The notes beneath the pieces were generated by a model. That model was not told where the DNA came from. It was given only the letters and a program-made list of their open reading frames with translations, and did no database searches. Below, one piece after another: positions 24,033 through 36,533 of a stretch of 64,000 nt of DNA (positions are counted from its first letter, which is position 1; each line of letters opens with the position of its first letter). Source of the DNA: Chrysomallon squamiferum (Eukaryota; Animalia; Mollusca); assembly GCA_012295275.1 (NCBI GenBank), contig CM022679.1, positions 2,914,001-2,978,000 of the forward strand, read 5' to 3'. The position numbers were made by a program, and so were the translations under genes.

Positions 24033-27000
24033 AAACTACCTGGAACTGAATTAAAAGATATACAGACAAACCAAACAGCAATCAACTGGGACATGCACTT
24101 CTGAAGAATATTAAACAACAACAACAACAACAAAATGACTCGAGTTCCATTAAGCACAACTAAGACAACACTGACTGTACATGAAGAAAATGTCTCACAA
24201 AGATGACTGAAAACCAAAATGAAAATAATGACTGTATCAGAAGCAGAAACAGTCACAAAACTGGAACAAAGCTTGGAAGTACAATCCAAGAATTTTAAAT
24301 TTTAAAATCATCTGTTAATTGTTACTTTCATTTATTATTATTTATTGCTAAATTTATGATTTTTTTACATCTATTGTCTTAAACATGTATTTAATTTTAA
24401 TAAGTGATATTATGTTAAGTTTTATTTATTTTAGAATTTCTCCTTCCAATCAATTTGACTAATCATCTGTTGAAAAAATTTATTATTTTTACTTTTTTTG
24501 ACAAATACATTTTATTAAACTGTGATAAAATTTTAACCTATGATAAATATTTTACAAGTCTATTTTATGTTCAGTTTTAACATTTTAAAGTTACCTGTGA
24601 TATTTATATTTATTGTTAAATTTATTATTTTTACATTTTTTAACAAATACATTTTATTAAACTGTGATATAATTTTAACCTGTGATAAATATTTTACAAG
24701 TCTATTTTGTTAGGTTTTAATATTTTAAAGTTACTTGTGATATTTGTATTTATTGTTAAATTTAAAAATTTTACATTTTTTAACAAATACATTTTATTAA
24801 ACTGTGATATAATTTTAACCTGTGATAAATATTTTACAAGTCTATTTTATGTTAAGTTTTAATATTTTAAAGTTACCTGTGATATTTGTATTTATTATAT
24901 TTATTGTTAAATTTATTATTTTAATTTTTGTTTAACAAATACATTTTATTAAACTGTAATAAATATTTTACAAGTCTATTTTATGTTAAGTTTTAACGTT
25001 TTAAAGTTACCTGTGATATTTGTATTTATTATATTTATTGTTAAATTTATTTTTACTTTTTTTAACAAATACATTTTATTAAACTGTGATATAATTTTAA
25101 ACTGTGATAAATATTTTACAAGTCTATTTTATGTTAAGTTTTAACGTTTTAAAGTTACCTGTGATATTTGTATTTATTATATTTATTGTTAAATTTATTA
25201 TTTTTAATTTTTTTTAACAAATACATTTTATTAAACTGTGATAAATATTTTAGAAGTCTATTTTATGTTAAAATTTTACATTTTAAAGTTATATTTGTAT
25301 TTATTATTGTGATAAATATTTTACATTAAGTTAAGTTTTAATGTTTTAAAGTTACCTGTGATATTTGTATTTATTATATTTATTGTTAAATTTTTATTTT
25401 TTATTTTTTTTTAACAAATACATTTTATTAAACTGTGATATAATTTTAAACTGTGATAAATATTTTACGTTAAGTTTTAATGTTTTAAAGTTACCTGTGA
25501 TATTTGTATTTATTATATTTATTGTTAAATTTATTATTTTTACATCTTTTAACAAATACATTTTATCAACTCTGTGATTTAATTTTAACCTGTGATATTT
25601 TAAGTCTATTTTATGTTAAATTTTAAGTTTAAAATCACCTATGATAAATTGTTATTTTTATTTACTATACTGTTAAATTTATAATTTTTACATTATTTTT
25701 CTTAAACCTGTATTTAATTTAAATGTGTGATATTTGAGTTGTTTATTTTATGTTAAATTTTAACATTTTAAAATCCGTCCATCAAATTAATTTGAGTGAT
25801 CATCTGGGATAAATTGTTAAATATAATAATTGTTAAATTTATTATTTTTGCATCTTTTAAAAAATAAATTTTATTAACTTTGTGATATACTTTTAATCTG
25901 TGATATTTATTTATATTTATTTCGTGTTAAGTTTTAATATTTTAGAATGTGTTCATCAAATTAATTAACTAATCCTCTCTGATAAATTGTTAAATATAAT
26001 TATCATTAAATTTATTATTTTACATCTTTTAAAAAATACATTTGATTAACTCTGTGATAATTATTTTTATTTATTTTATGTTAAGTTTTAACATTTTAGA
26101 ATCCGTCCATCAAATTAATTTGGCTGATCACCTGTGATAAATTGTTATTTTTATTTATTGTTAAATTTATTATTTTTACATTTGTTAACAAAAACATTTT
26201 ATTACCTTTGTGATGTAACTTTAATCTGTGATAAATATTTAAAAGTTTATTTTATGTTAAATTTTAACATTTTAGAATCCGTCCATCAATTTTTATTTTA
26301 TTTTTATTTTTTATTGTTAATCTTATTCTTTTTACATTGTTAATAAATCAGTATTATTATACCTGTGGTATTTTATTTACCTTTATTTTAAATTTTATAT
26401 ATTTAGTTCATTTTTATTAAATGTTTGTGATAAATCATTAATCTTATTGTTAAACTTGAAAACAAATTTAACCACATAACTTGAGAAAAGATTTTCTTTC
26501 TTTTTTTGAATTTTAAAATCTGTATTATCAAATTATTATCAAGGTTTACATTTATTTTAAGTCTAAAAAGATTTTTATTTGTGTTTATTAAATTTATTGG
26601 ACTGATCAACTATAGAAAAATATTATTATTATTTACTTTTATATTTTTTGTTTTTATTTTATTATCTGTTATTAAATAAATTTCTATCTAACAATATGTG
26701 ACATTTATTTTAAGTGTTGTACATTTTAACATTCAATCATTACACAATTTCTTATATTAATTTTTTAATGAAATTTATTATATACCCTTAAGACTAAAAA
26801 TCTGTGATAAATAACAGGATTAATTAAATTAATTTGTTAATTATATAATTAAAATGTGATATATTTGTGTGTATATAATAAAAGAAATGGTTCGTAATAT
26901 TTGACTTTACTGTTTTATTTTAATAATTAAAATCCACCTCATCTATGTTTGTACAATAACAGAAATAAGATTTTTTTTTTTTTAAATTTACAAAAAGAAA

Positions 27001-30000
27001 AAAGAAAAAATGTACTGTATAGTATTTATCAGAATGTCAACAACAGTAAAAAGATTCCAATCACATAACTCATTTAATTTTGTTTATTTGATATTTTTAC
27101 CAAGACACAACTGATTTTTGTCTGAACCATATTACAAAAGCACTTTTTGCTAAAATGTAATGACTCAAAGTTATATTAATAAATCTTTTAACATTCAGTA
27201 TTTTTACCATAGACACTCAGCCTAATCTAATGTACATTCTTGAGACCTTCATTCAGCCTGGATCTTAAAACCCAGGCACTAATGGGTATATGAGAAGTCA
27301 CAATACTGAACAGTGTCATGTAAACACTCACTTGATCCTCGGCGAAGAGGGGGTCCCCCTGATGTGGAACTGTGTTTCCTGGCCTTCGTACTCACTGTGG
27401 GTTTTAAAACACGATTCTTCTTCACAACTGAAACAACAGACAACACTGTAAGAACACTCTGCAATTTTATATCCTATATGTTAAGAATCAGCTCTCATCA
27501 TACTATTATCATCTGAAAGAGTTTACCAAAACATGTGTAAAACTTAAAACTTTAATGCAATTTTTAATAATTCCAAGTTCATGCTTTATTTGTTTGTTTA
27601 AAAGATATTTGAAACCAATCTTTGGTAATAATGATGAATAATAATAAGGTAAAAATGTTGGCAGTTTCATTTAGGTTGTTTATTTTGTTTTTTGTTTTTT
27701 ATTTCTTCTCTTATTTGATATAATTGTTAGAAAGATAAAAAAGAATAAAAAGAAAAGACCCTCCATGGATTGTCTGACATAACTTTTCTAATTATTTACT
27801 GATAGATGATTAAAACTAAAGAAGAAAAAAATGATTACAACATTTCAAAACTGCTGAATCTAATGGTAACAATTAAAATTTGATAATTAAAAATAATTGT
27901 GCTTTGTCAAAAATAATGATTGTATTTATAAAATACTATAATGTACTTAGTATAATATATAAAAAAATATATTAAATATTAAGTACATTTATAGTATTCT
28001 AAAAGGCTGTTACCAACAAATACTGTTATTTTATTATTTAGTACTTTTATTAAAATTTACTTTTTCTAATATTAAAAACAAATGAATTTTTTTTTTTTTT
28101 TTTTTTAAATCAAAGCAATGAAATAAATGCCAACATTACCCAATGACTGGCCTTTTCTTTTAGGTTTTAAATTTTTTTGCTTTTTATTCTTTCCAGTTGC
28201 CAAAACCTTTTTCTTGTATTGAGTTTCCTGAAGAGAAAAAAATAAAAATAAAAATAATATATATATTTTTTCTAATACAGTATTGTTTGGATTAAGCAGG
28301 AAATAATGGGTCTCTGTTTACTACAGATTCTCTAAACATTGCTGCTTTACATTCTGACTTGCTCTAAAACTCTGGCATTATTTTACATTTCCAATACTGT
28401 GAAATATATATGTAAAGAAAAGGGACTAAATTCCAGATTTTTTTCTGACAGCAAATTATCTTATTTAATTTCTATGATGAAGTAAACCAGTAAGCATCAA
28501 CAGTTATCAAATACATTCAGGTGAAGACTGATGAAAAACACAACCAATATGCTTTCATGCACAGTTTTTCTTTCTTTTTCTTTCCCCACAGTCATTCACT
28601 TTAATTCTAGCACTGTTTAAACTATTTATTAAAATTTCAGACTTGTTTTACAAAATATGAAAACATAAGTAATGCATCACATTTATAATTTTGCATTATT
28701 AAATGAAGTGGTTCCATACACAATAAAAAAACAACAACACTAAAACAATAAATAACCAGTAGAAATATCTAATTTACAAACCGTTTCTTTGGCTGCTTTT
28801 CTGGTTTTACCCAGTTCTTCAAAAGCTTCATCAAAAAAGTCACCATAGTCTTCGTGATAAATGTCCTTCAAAAACTGCAAGTAAACAAACACTTTATTAA
28901 CACAGATCTGGTAAGATCAGGATCAAACATTTATAGAGACCGAAATAAAAAGTCTCATTAAAAATGTTGTTGTAATCTTCAAAGTAAATAAAGGCAAACT
29001 GACATATAGTCTAAGACATCATTAACAAATATATATTAAGTAAGCTTGCAAAAAAAACTGTGAAAAACTCCATTAAATAAAATCAGTTATCATTTATACA
29101 TGACAGATACCATTTATACTTAACAGATATGTTTTATATTTGGTAGATATGACTTATACTTGACAGGTACCATTTATACTTGTCAAAGATATGATTTTTA
29201 AGTGACAGATATGCTTAATTCTTGACAGATACCACTCATATTTGACAGATACCATTTATACTTGACAGATGTGATTTTGTTATTGATTAACATACTCGTG
29301 TTGGTCTTCATGATGAGTGAGTAAATTATGTTCAAATTATTGTGTAAAATATTAATAAATACTCGAAAAAGAAAAGCACATGGCTGTTTAAACATATTTC
29401 TGTGTGGATGTGTTGTATTGTTGTCATACTTTAATGGCAGTAAAGTTATATTTCCAGTTATAAACAAGACATTCATCTGGAAGTATAAAAAACAGTTACT
29501 ACTAGGAGTATACAAAATGTGAAATCAATTTTAAACATTTAAATATGACACAGACCTTGGTTTTCCTGGACTGGGTGATATTTTCTTTGTTTAAGAAGTC
29601 TCGTGTCTCAGCTAAGACTCCGGTTGAAACTGGTTTCTTTGTTGAATCAGTGAATTTTACTTGTTTTCCTGTCCTCTTTTTAGCAAGGCCTCCAGTCCGT
29701 GCTTGTGAGCTTCGTGGTTTAGTGCGCTGAGACCTGACATCAGAGGTGTAAACGTTCTGTTCATTGTCACTGCTCAAAACATCCTCAATCACCTCTTTAT
29801 GCCTGAAAGAATTCAACTCAAATCAGCACAGAAATATATTTTACATTATTATTTCACTCATATCAGATGGTTCAAATGAAGACACTGTTTTATTATTGAA
29901 TATAAATATATTTGAAAATACTTAATTTATTTTATAAATTATAACTTGTATTTGTTTTTTATTAAAACCAGTGCATTGTGGATGGTGATTACGTTATAAA

Positions 30001-31045
30001 GTAATGGTGATTTAATTGTTTTTAAATATATTCTAGATAACAGAATGAATAGCAGCACACTTTAAATTAATATATTTAAATAATTAGAAAAATTAAACTA
30101 AAACTTAATAAAGAAAATAAAATCACATACAAAGAAATACATTAATTTGATTAAGCCTGCATTTTTGTTTTTTGTTGTTCTTTTAATTTTATTAAAACAC
30201 AAAAGAAAAAAATAGCGATTTCAACATATCTCTGTTTGATTTGTCATGATACTGTCATAGTTTATAGCCAGAGAAAGAAATAAAACTTGAAAGTATACAA
30301 AATGTGCACACACAATCTATCAAAAATAAACTTTAAAATGTCAAAACAAACCATCTTCTTGCGTGGTCAATTTCAGGAATGTCCATTTCATGGTCACTCA
30401 AGTAGCCAGGTTCTGTGGGACTGCTGTATCTGACATGAGCAAGGTGAGAAGATTTTGGTCGAGTTTTCTTCTTGTTAATTCTGAGAGGACTGAAACAGAA
30501 ACGACAAAGATAATAAAAACAATAAAACAAAAACAAAACAAAAAATAAGTAGAAGGTAAAAACAACAACAGCAATACACAAAAAAAAAGACACCTTTGGA
30601 TAAACCAGTCTAGGGAGTACTGGGTGGAATTTTAAAAAATATCCCCAGCCTACCTGCCTCTAAAAATGTTTTAAAAAAGCTAAAATACCTAAAATTGAAA
30701 AGAAAGGACATAGTTAAAATAAGCATATGTATCATTACTGAATTATTTTAACAAGTCCATAAGAGTTATCTCAGACAGTTACAGTACAAAATAATGCAAG
30801 GAACATCCTTTACCGTAATAAATTTAATAAATAACTAAGTAAGGAAATATATAAATTATTGTACATGTGTATGCTGCACTGTGCAGTTGTTATTTAAAAC
30901 TGTGCTAACATTGCTGTTTTACCTGGAGTCCCTGGACGTCTGAAAACTTCTTCTGTCTGCACCACTGCTTGTTGATCTGTCACCAAAAAATGAAACCTTG
31001 CGAGCTGCTTGACCTCCTGAGTACTGAAAATAAATAAACAAACAA

Positions 31046-31086
<41 letters not shown>

Positions 31087-34000
31087 ATAAAAATAACCAA
31101 AATAAATAAACAAAATAAAATAAAATAAATGAATAAATAAAAAAATAAATAAATAAATAAACAAAAATAAAAAAAAATAATAAAAAGAACCAAAATAAAT
31201 AAACTAAAATAAAATAAATGAATAAATAAAAGAAAAATAATAAAAAAATAAATAAACAAACAAATAAACAAAAAGAAAAATAATAAAAATGACCAAAAAA
31301 AAATAAATAAATAAATAAATCTTCAAGACAGATAAGTAATTAAAGCCAATCGACAAATATTTTGTTTTCTATAATGTAAACAAGCAGCAGATATTCTGTT
31401 TCTGATTCTTTATCAAAATTTTCCAGTATAAAGTATAATTTTTAAGTAACAATGTTACTCACAAAAGAACTAGCAGCTGCACTGTTAGCACTTGTATTTG
31501 CCTTCATCGTGCGTGGTGGGATATTGAGATCACTGGCCAGCTTACTGTCCTCCCTGGACAGTTTATCAGTATGTGATCTGTAAAACAAAAATGTAAAAAG
31601 ACATTTTTAATATCCTGAAACGCTTTATAAATGTTAAAAATGTAACAAAAGTTAAGCCCCTGTTACTGAAGTAAGAGTTTTTAGAAATTTGAAAATATTG
31701 AGATTTATTTAATATTTGTATATCTTGTCTGTAATGAATATCAACATTTCTATCTGTCTGCATATAAATATTGTATTTTTTACCTATCTATGTATAAATA
31801 TTTGTATATTTTACCTATAATGAATATCTGTATATAAATATTTGTATATTTTTACCTGTAATGAATATCTATGTATAAATATTTGTATATTTTACCTATA
31901 ATGAATATCTATATATAAATATTTGTATATTTTTACCTGTAATGAATATCTATATATAAATATTTGTATATTTTTACCTGTAATGAATATCTATGTATAA
32001 ATATTTGTATATTTTACCTATAATGAATATCTATATATAAATATTTGTATATTTTTACCCATAATGAATATCTATATATAAATATTTGTATATTTTACCC
32101 ATAATGAATATCTATGTATAAATATTTGTATATTTTACCGATAATGAATATTTATATATAGATATTTGTATATTTTACCTGTAATGAATATCAGTGTATA
32201 AATATTTGTATATTTTACCTATAATGAATATCTATGTATAAATATTTGTATATTGTAATGAATATCTGTATATAAATAAGTACCTGTAATGGATATCTGT
32301 ATATAAATATATACCTGTAATGGACATCTGTATATAAATATATACCTGTAATGAATATCTGTATATAAATAAGTACCTGTAATGGATATCTGTATATAAA
32401 TATATACCTGTAATGGACATCTGTATATAAATATATACCTGTAATGGATATCTGTATATAAATAAGTACCTGTAATGGATATCTGTATATAAATATATAC
32501 CTGTAATGGACATCTGTATATAAATATATACCTGTAATGGATATCTGAATAGAAACATGTACCTGTAATGAATGTCTATGTTTAAATAAGTACCTGTAAT
32601 GAATGTCTATGTTTAAATATATACCTGTAATGAATGTCTATGTTTAAATATATACCTGTAATGAATGTCTATGTTTAAATATATACCTGTAATGAATGTC
32701 TATGTTTAAATATATACCTGTAATGAATGTCTATGTTTAAATATATACCTGTAATGGATGTCAGTGTTTCTGCCTAGCTGTGGTCTGAGAGGACTTGCAC
32801 TCAGGTCTGTTTCTCTCTCGGCTCTCAGACGGACTGGACTGGTAGCCACAGCTTGTCGAGCAAGAGCTGCAGTGTGACTCACAAGATTCTGCAGGTTGTC
32901 GTATGACGCAGACAAGCCTTGCAGTTTCCTGTGTGAAATACAAATCAATTAAAATTAAAATTAAATGAAGAAAGAAATATATAAATAAATGAAATTAAAT
33001 ATTAAATAAACAAAAAATTATAGAAATAAATTAAAAATGTATATATATAAACAAAAAAATAAATTAAATAAACAAAGAAACATATAAAGAAAGAAAGAAA
33101 AAAAGGAATAAATAATAATAATAAAAAATAATATAATAAAATAAAAAACATAATAATATACCTATATAAATACAAAATAAAATGAAACAAATTTCTAATA
33201 GTACTTTTTCTTCACATTTCTTTAAAATCAAAAAGTTAAAACACTTAGGCTTTCTCCAACATTTAGTTTAATATTTTCATACTTCATTATTAGTTCTCAG
33301 TGATCAAATAAAACAATCAATTATTAATAAATATAAGAATTAAAATAATCGACTGTTAATGTACCAATCTTAATTACGAAATAAAACAATTTTTTTTTTA
33401 AATTTCATTATTAAGAAATATTATGGTACAAATTTTCATAATTAAACAAAACAATTAACTGTTAATATATATATAAGATATTTTGTCTGTTTATTTATGT
33501 AACAAATAAAGCAATCCCTTGGAACAAAAACAAAATGTACTTAGACTATTTGCTCAGACTATTAAAGGTTTATTTATTTATTCTCACTTTGCATAGTCAA
33601 ATGGTTTTTCCGCCTTGTCTTCATCAGTCTGTTTTCTGGAGAATGGTGAATGCTGTCTGTGGACTGATGGATGATCTTTACCTGCAGTCGGAGATGTTGG
33701 TTCTTTTCTTGATTTTTCTTTATCCAATGTGTGAATCTGAGCATGATCTGTTAGTGTTTTACGTGTGTCTGATGTAGGTTTTAACCAGCTGTGTTCTGGT
33801 GAAGGGCAAGGAACACCAACAGTGGCTCGAAACCGAGTATCTCTCAAGTTTTCCTGTCTTCGACTAGGAAGTGGAAGTGAGGCTGAGAAACCTGAACAGA
33901 AAATGTCAACATATATAACAAATCCAAAATGTATTTTGAAAAAAGTAAAACCCAAACTATGTAAACCAATATGAAAAACAAAATTATAACTGACTATATA

Positions 34001-36493
34001 TATATATATATATATACATTATATATAAAACAAAATGCCTAAGATGTTTTCAACAAAAGTATAAAAAAATAAATAATACAACAATTTTAATTCATGAACT
34101 TCATTAATATATTTTCACTGACTTTTTAAAGATCCTATATTTAATAATCTCATAAAAAATAACACTAATCTGTGTAATTCATAAAAAAATATATATATAT
34201 ATATTCCTTCAACAAAACTATTCTTATTTCATGAATATTGTCACATTTATATAATTTACCTCATGCCTTCTGTTTTAAATTAAGTTTTAAAACTAACCAC
34301 TAATATTTGGTGCTGAAGATGGAATGGTAGCAGGGTGTGCAGTGGTTGTTGTGGGAGCTGCAGTTGAAGATGTCACTGCACTGCTGTGACCATTGACCAA
34401 AGGCGCAGAAGCTGCACTAGATATTACACCTTCAAGTTCAAAGTTCAAGCTGTTAGTGACTATGTTTTAATATTGTATTTTAAATAGTTATACACTGCAG
34501 TAGGTTTATAATTTCAGATAAAAAAACCAATATCAATTATCTATGTAAATCAAGGTATTGTGTTAAATATATATACAGCAATGCACAATTAGGTTTAAAA
34601 CTTCAATCAAGATTAGTGATATAGGTGAGAAAGAAAGAAAAAATACACAACAATATCTGTAAATATATGTAAATAAGTAGCTTATTAAAAACAAGGTATT
34701 TGAAACAAACATGTTCTGTCCATAAACTCACTCCAGTTCTTCAATAATTATACATAATGATACATACAGAGACATAAAACAGTAGCTAGATCAGTGATAT
34801 CTGAAGTCTAACCAACTCTCTCTCACCAGCAACAATCAATAGTTTTATATATCAGATGAAACTTTATGCAAAATGTTTGAAGCATGAAAGTGAATGAATC
34901 ATCTACATTTTTAAAAAAGTAAGCAATAGAAGATATTTGCATCGAGACAGGATTGACCTATGTCTGGCAATCTTCTCAAATACAGGTGACAAGAAAGAAA
35001 TATTACAATATAAAGGTAAAACGTCTAAAACATGACAACAGGGGAGCTAACTCTTTACAACTTTGATTCAGATATCTACCTGAAATGGCGACATGAACCA
35101 TCAGGAATTCACTGTGTAAGGCTAAAAATTATTATTCTATTTTAAGAATCATAAATGAATTGATAAAGATGAAACAGCCTCTGCTTTTAAAGTTATTGCT
35201 TTTAAAGTTATTAATTTGTATCTTATAAATTCAGCTTTATCCTCGATTTTTCAAAATGTTTTAACTAAAGATTCAGCCTGTATGAAGAAATCCTGACCAC
35301 CTCCAGTCCCAAAACATGACAGACAATTGTGTATATTTATATGTGTGTGTTCATAAGATCTAAAGGAAAGAACAAAAAACAGAAACAAAGCAAAAGAGAA
35401 GCTATAAGAAAAATAAACAGCTGTACAGCTACTAGTGCTGTCAGTTAATAAAAGCCACACACCTAGCGGTGAGCGAGGGTAATGATGATAATGATGGTGG
35501 GTAAATGAACAAAGGCCTCTACCACATGTGCCGTCTGCAACCCGTCTTTCTTCTGATGGGAGTTGACGTCTGCTCTGCATGAACGCGTCTGTCTGAAAAT
35601 CAGCAACAGGACGTACACCGATGTGATTGAATCTAGGAGATCGATGTTGCTGGGAGCTGGACAGATCTGTCTGGAAAATACAACACAACTGTAAATCTTT
35701 TGCTTTTCATGATGAAATATAAATAATACATTATTTAATAATAATGGCAGTTAGATAAGCATGCAAACGTGCAGAAAGTTTTTGAATGTAAGAAGTGTAT
35801 TCACATATTAAGTATATAAAATAAAAGTAAAAAGAAATATCCATTCTTAAAAATAAGTATAAAAATTAAAAAATGTAAATAATTTTGACCACTTGCTAAT
35901 TTTTAAATTGTAGGCCTGTTTTTCTGTTCATGACAATTATTACTTTTCTGTACTGTATCCGACTTAATCATTGATTTACAGAGTAAAAAAAAAAAAATGT
36001 GTGTATGTTTACATTCAGTGACAACAGTGCAAGCATAACAACTGTATATTGATGTTTAAAATTATTTTAACAAAAACTACCATTGTAAGCTGGCTGGTTT
36101 CTCCACAGTCAGCATTTCTGTTGTAATCTATTGCCAGACCTCCTACATAAAAAGACAAGAAAACAACCATACATATCACTTCATTATCTTACATGTAACT
36201 GAAAAAAATCCATTTAAAAAAATAACAAAAAAAAAATGAAATATGTGTCTATTTATTTATTTATTTATTTCTTATTGCATCTGATTATTTGATATATTTG
36301 TATTTCTGTAATATTATTTATAACTTCAGTTTAACTAACACACTGTCTAAAATCATAAAAATGAATAAATAAAAGTGATAAGTACATGAGTCGTAATATA
36401 TGTGCCAAAACTTACAAATAGCATTGCCAGCTATTAATGTGAAAATTTAAATCCAGAGAATTTCAAATTCTTGTACTGGTAATTACAGACTTT

Positions 36494-36533
<40 letters not shown>

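Noticed and set aside
24030-24300. In-frame TGA codons as selenocysteine read-through
   Set aside because: There is no selenoprotein-like context or recognisable SECIS element. Decay of old sequence is the simpler explanation.
31780-32760. 31-bp repeat array as a CRISPR array, and ORF 32232-32558 as a repeat protein
   Set aside because: The units are contiguous with no unique spacers, there are no cas genes, and the context is a eukaryotic intron. The ORF simply reflects a stop-free 93-bp higher-order unit.
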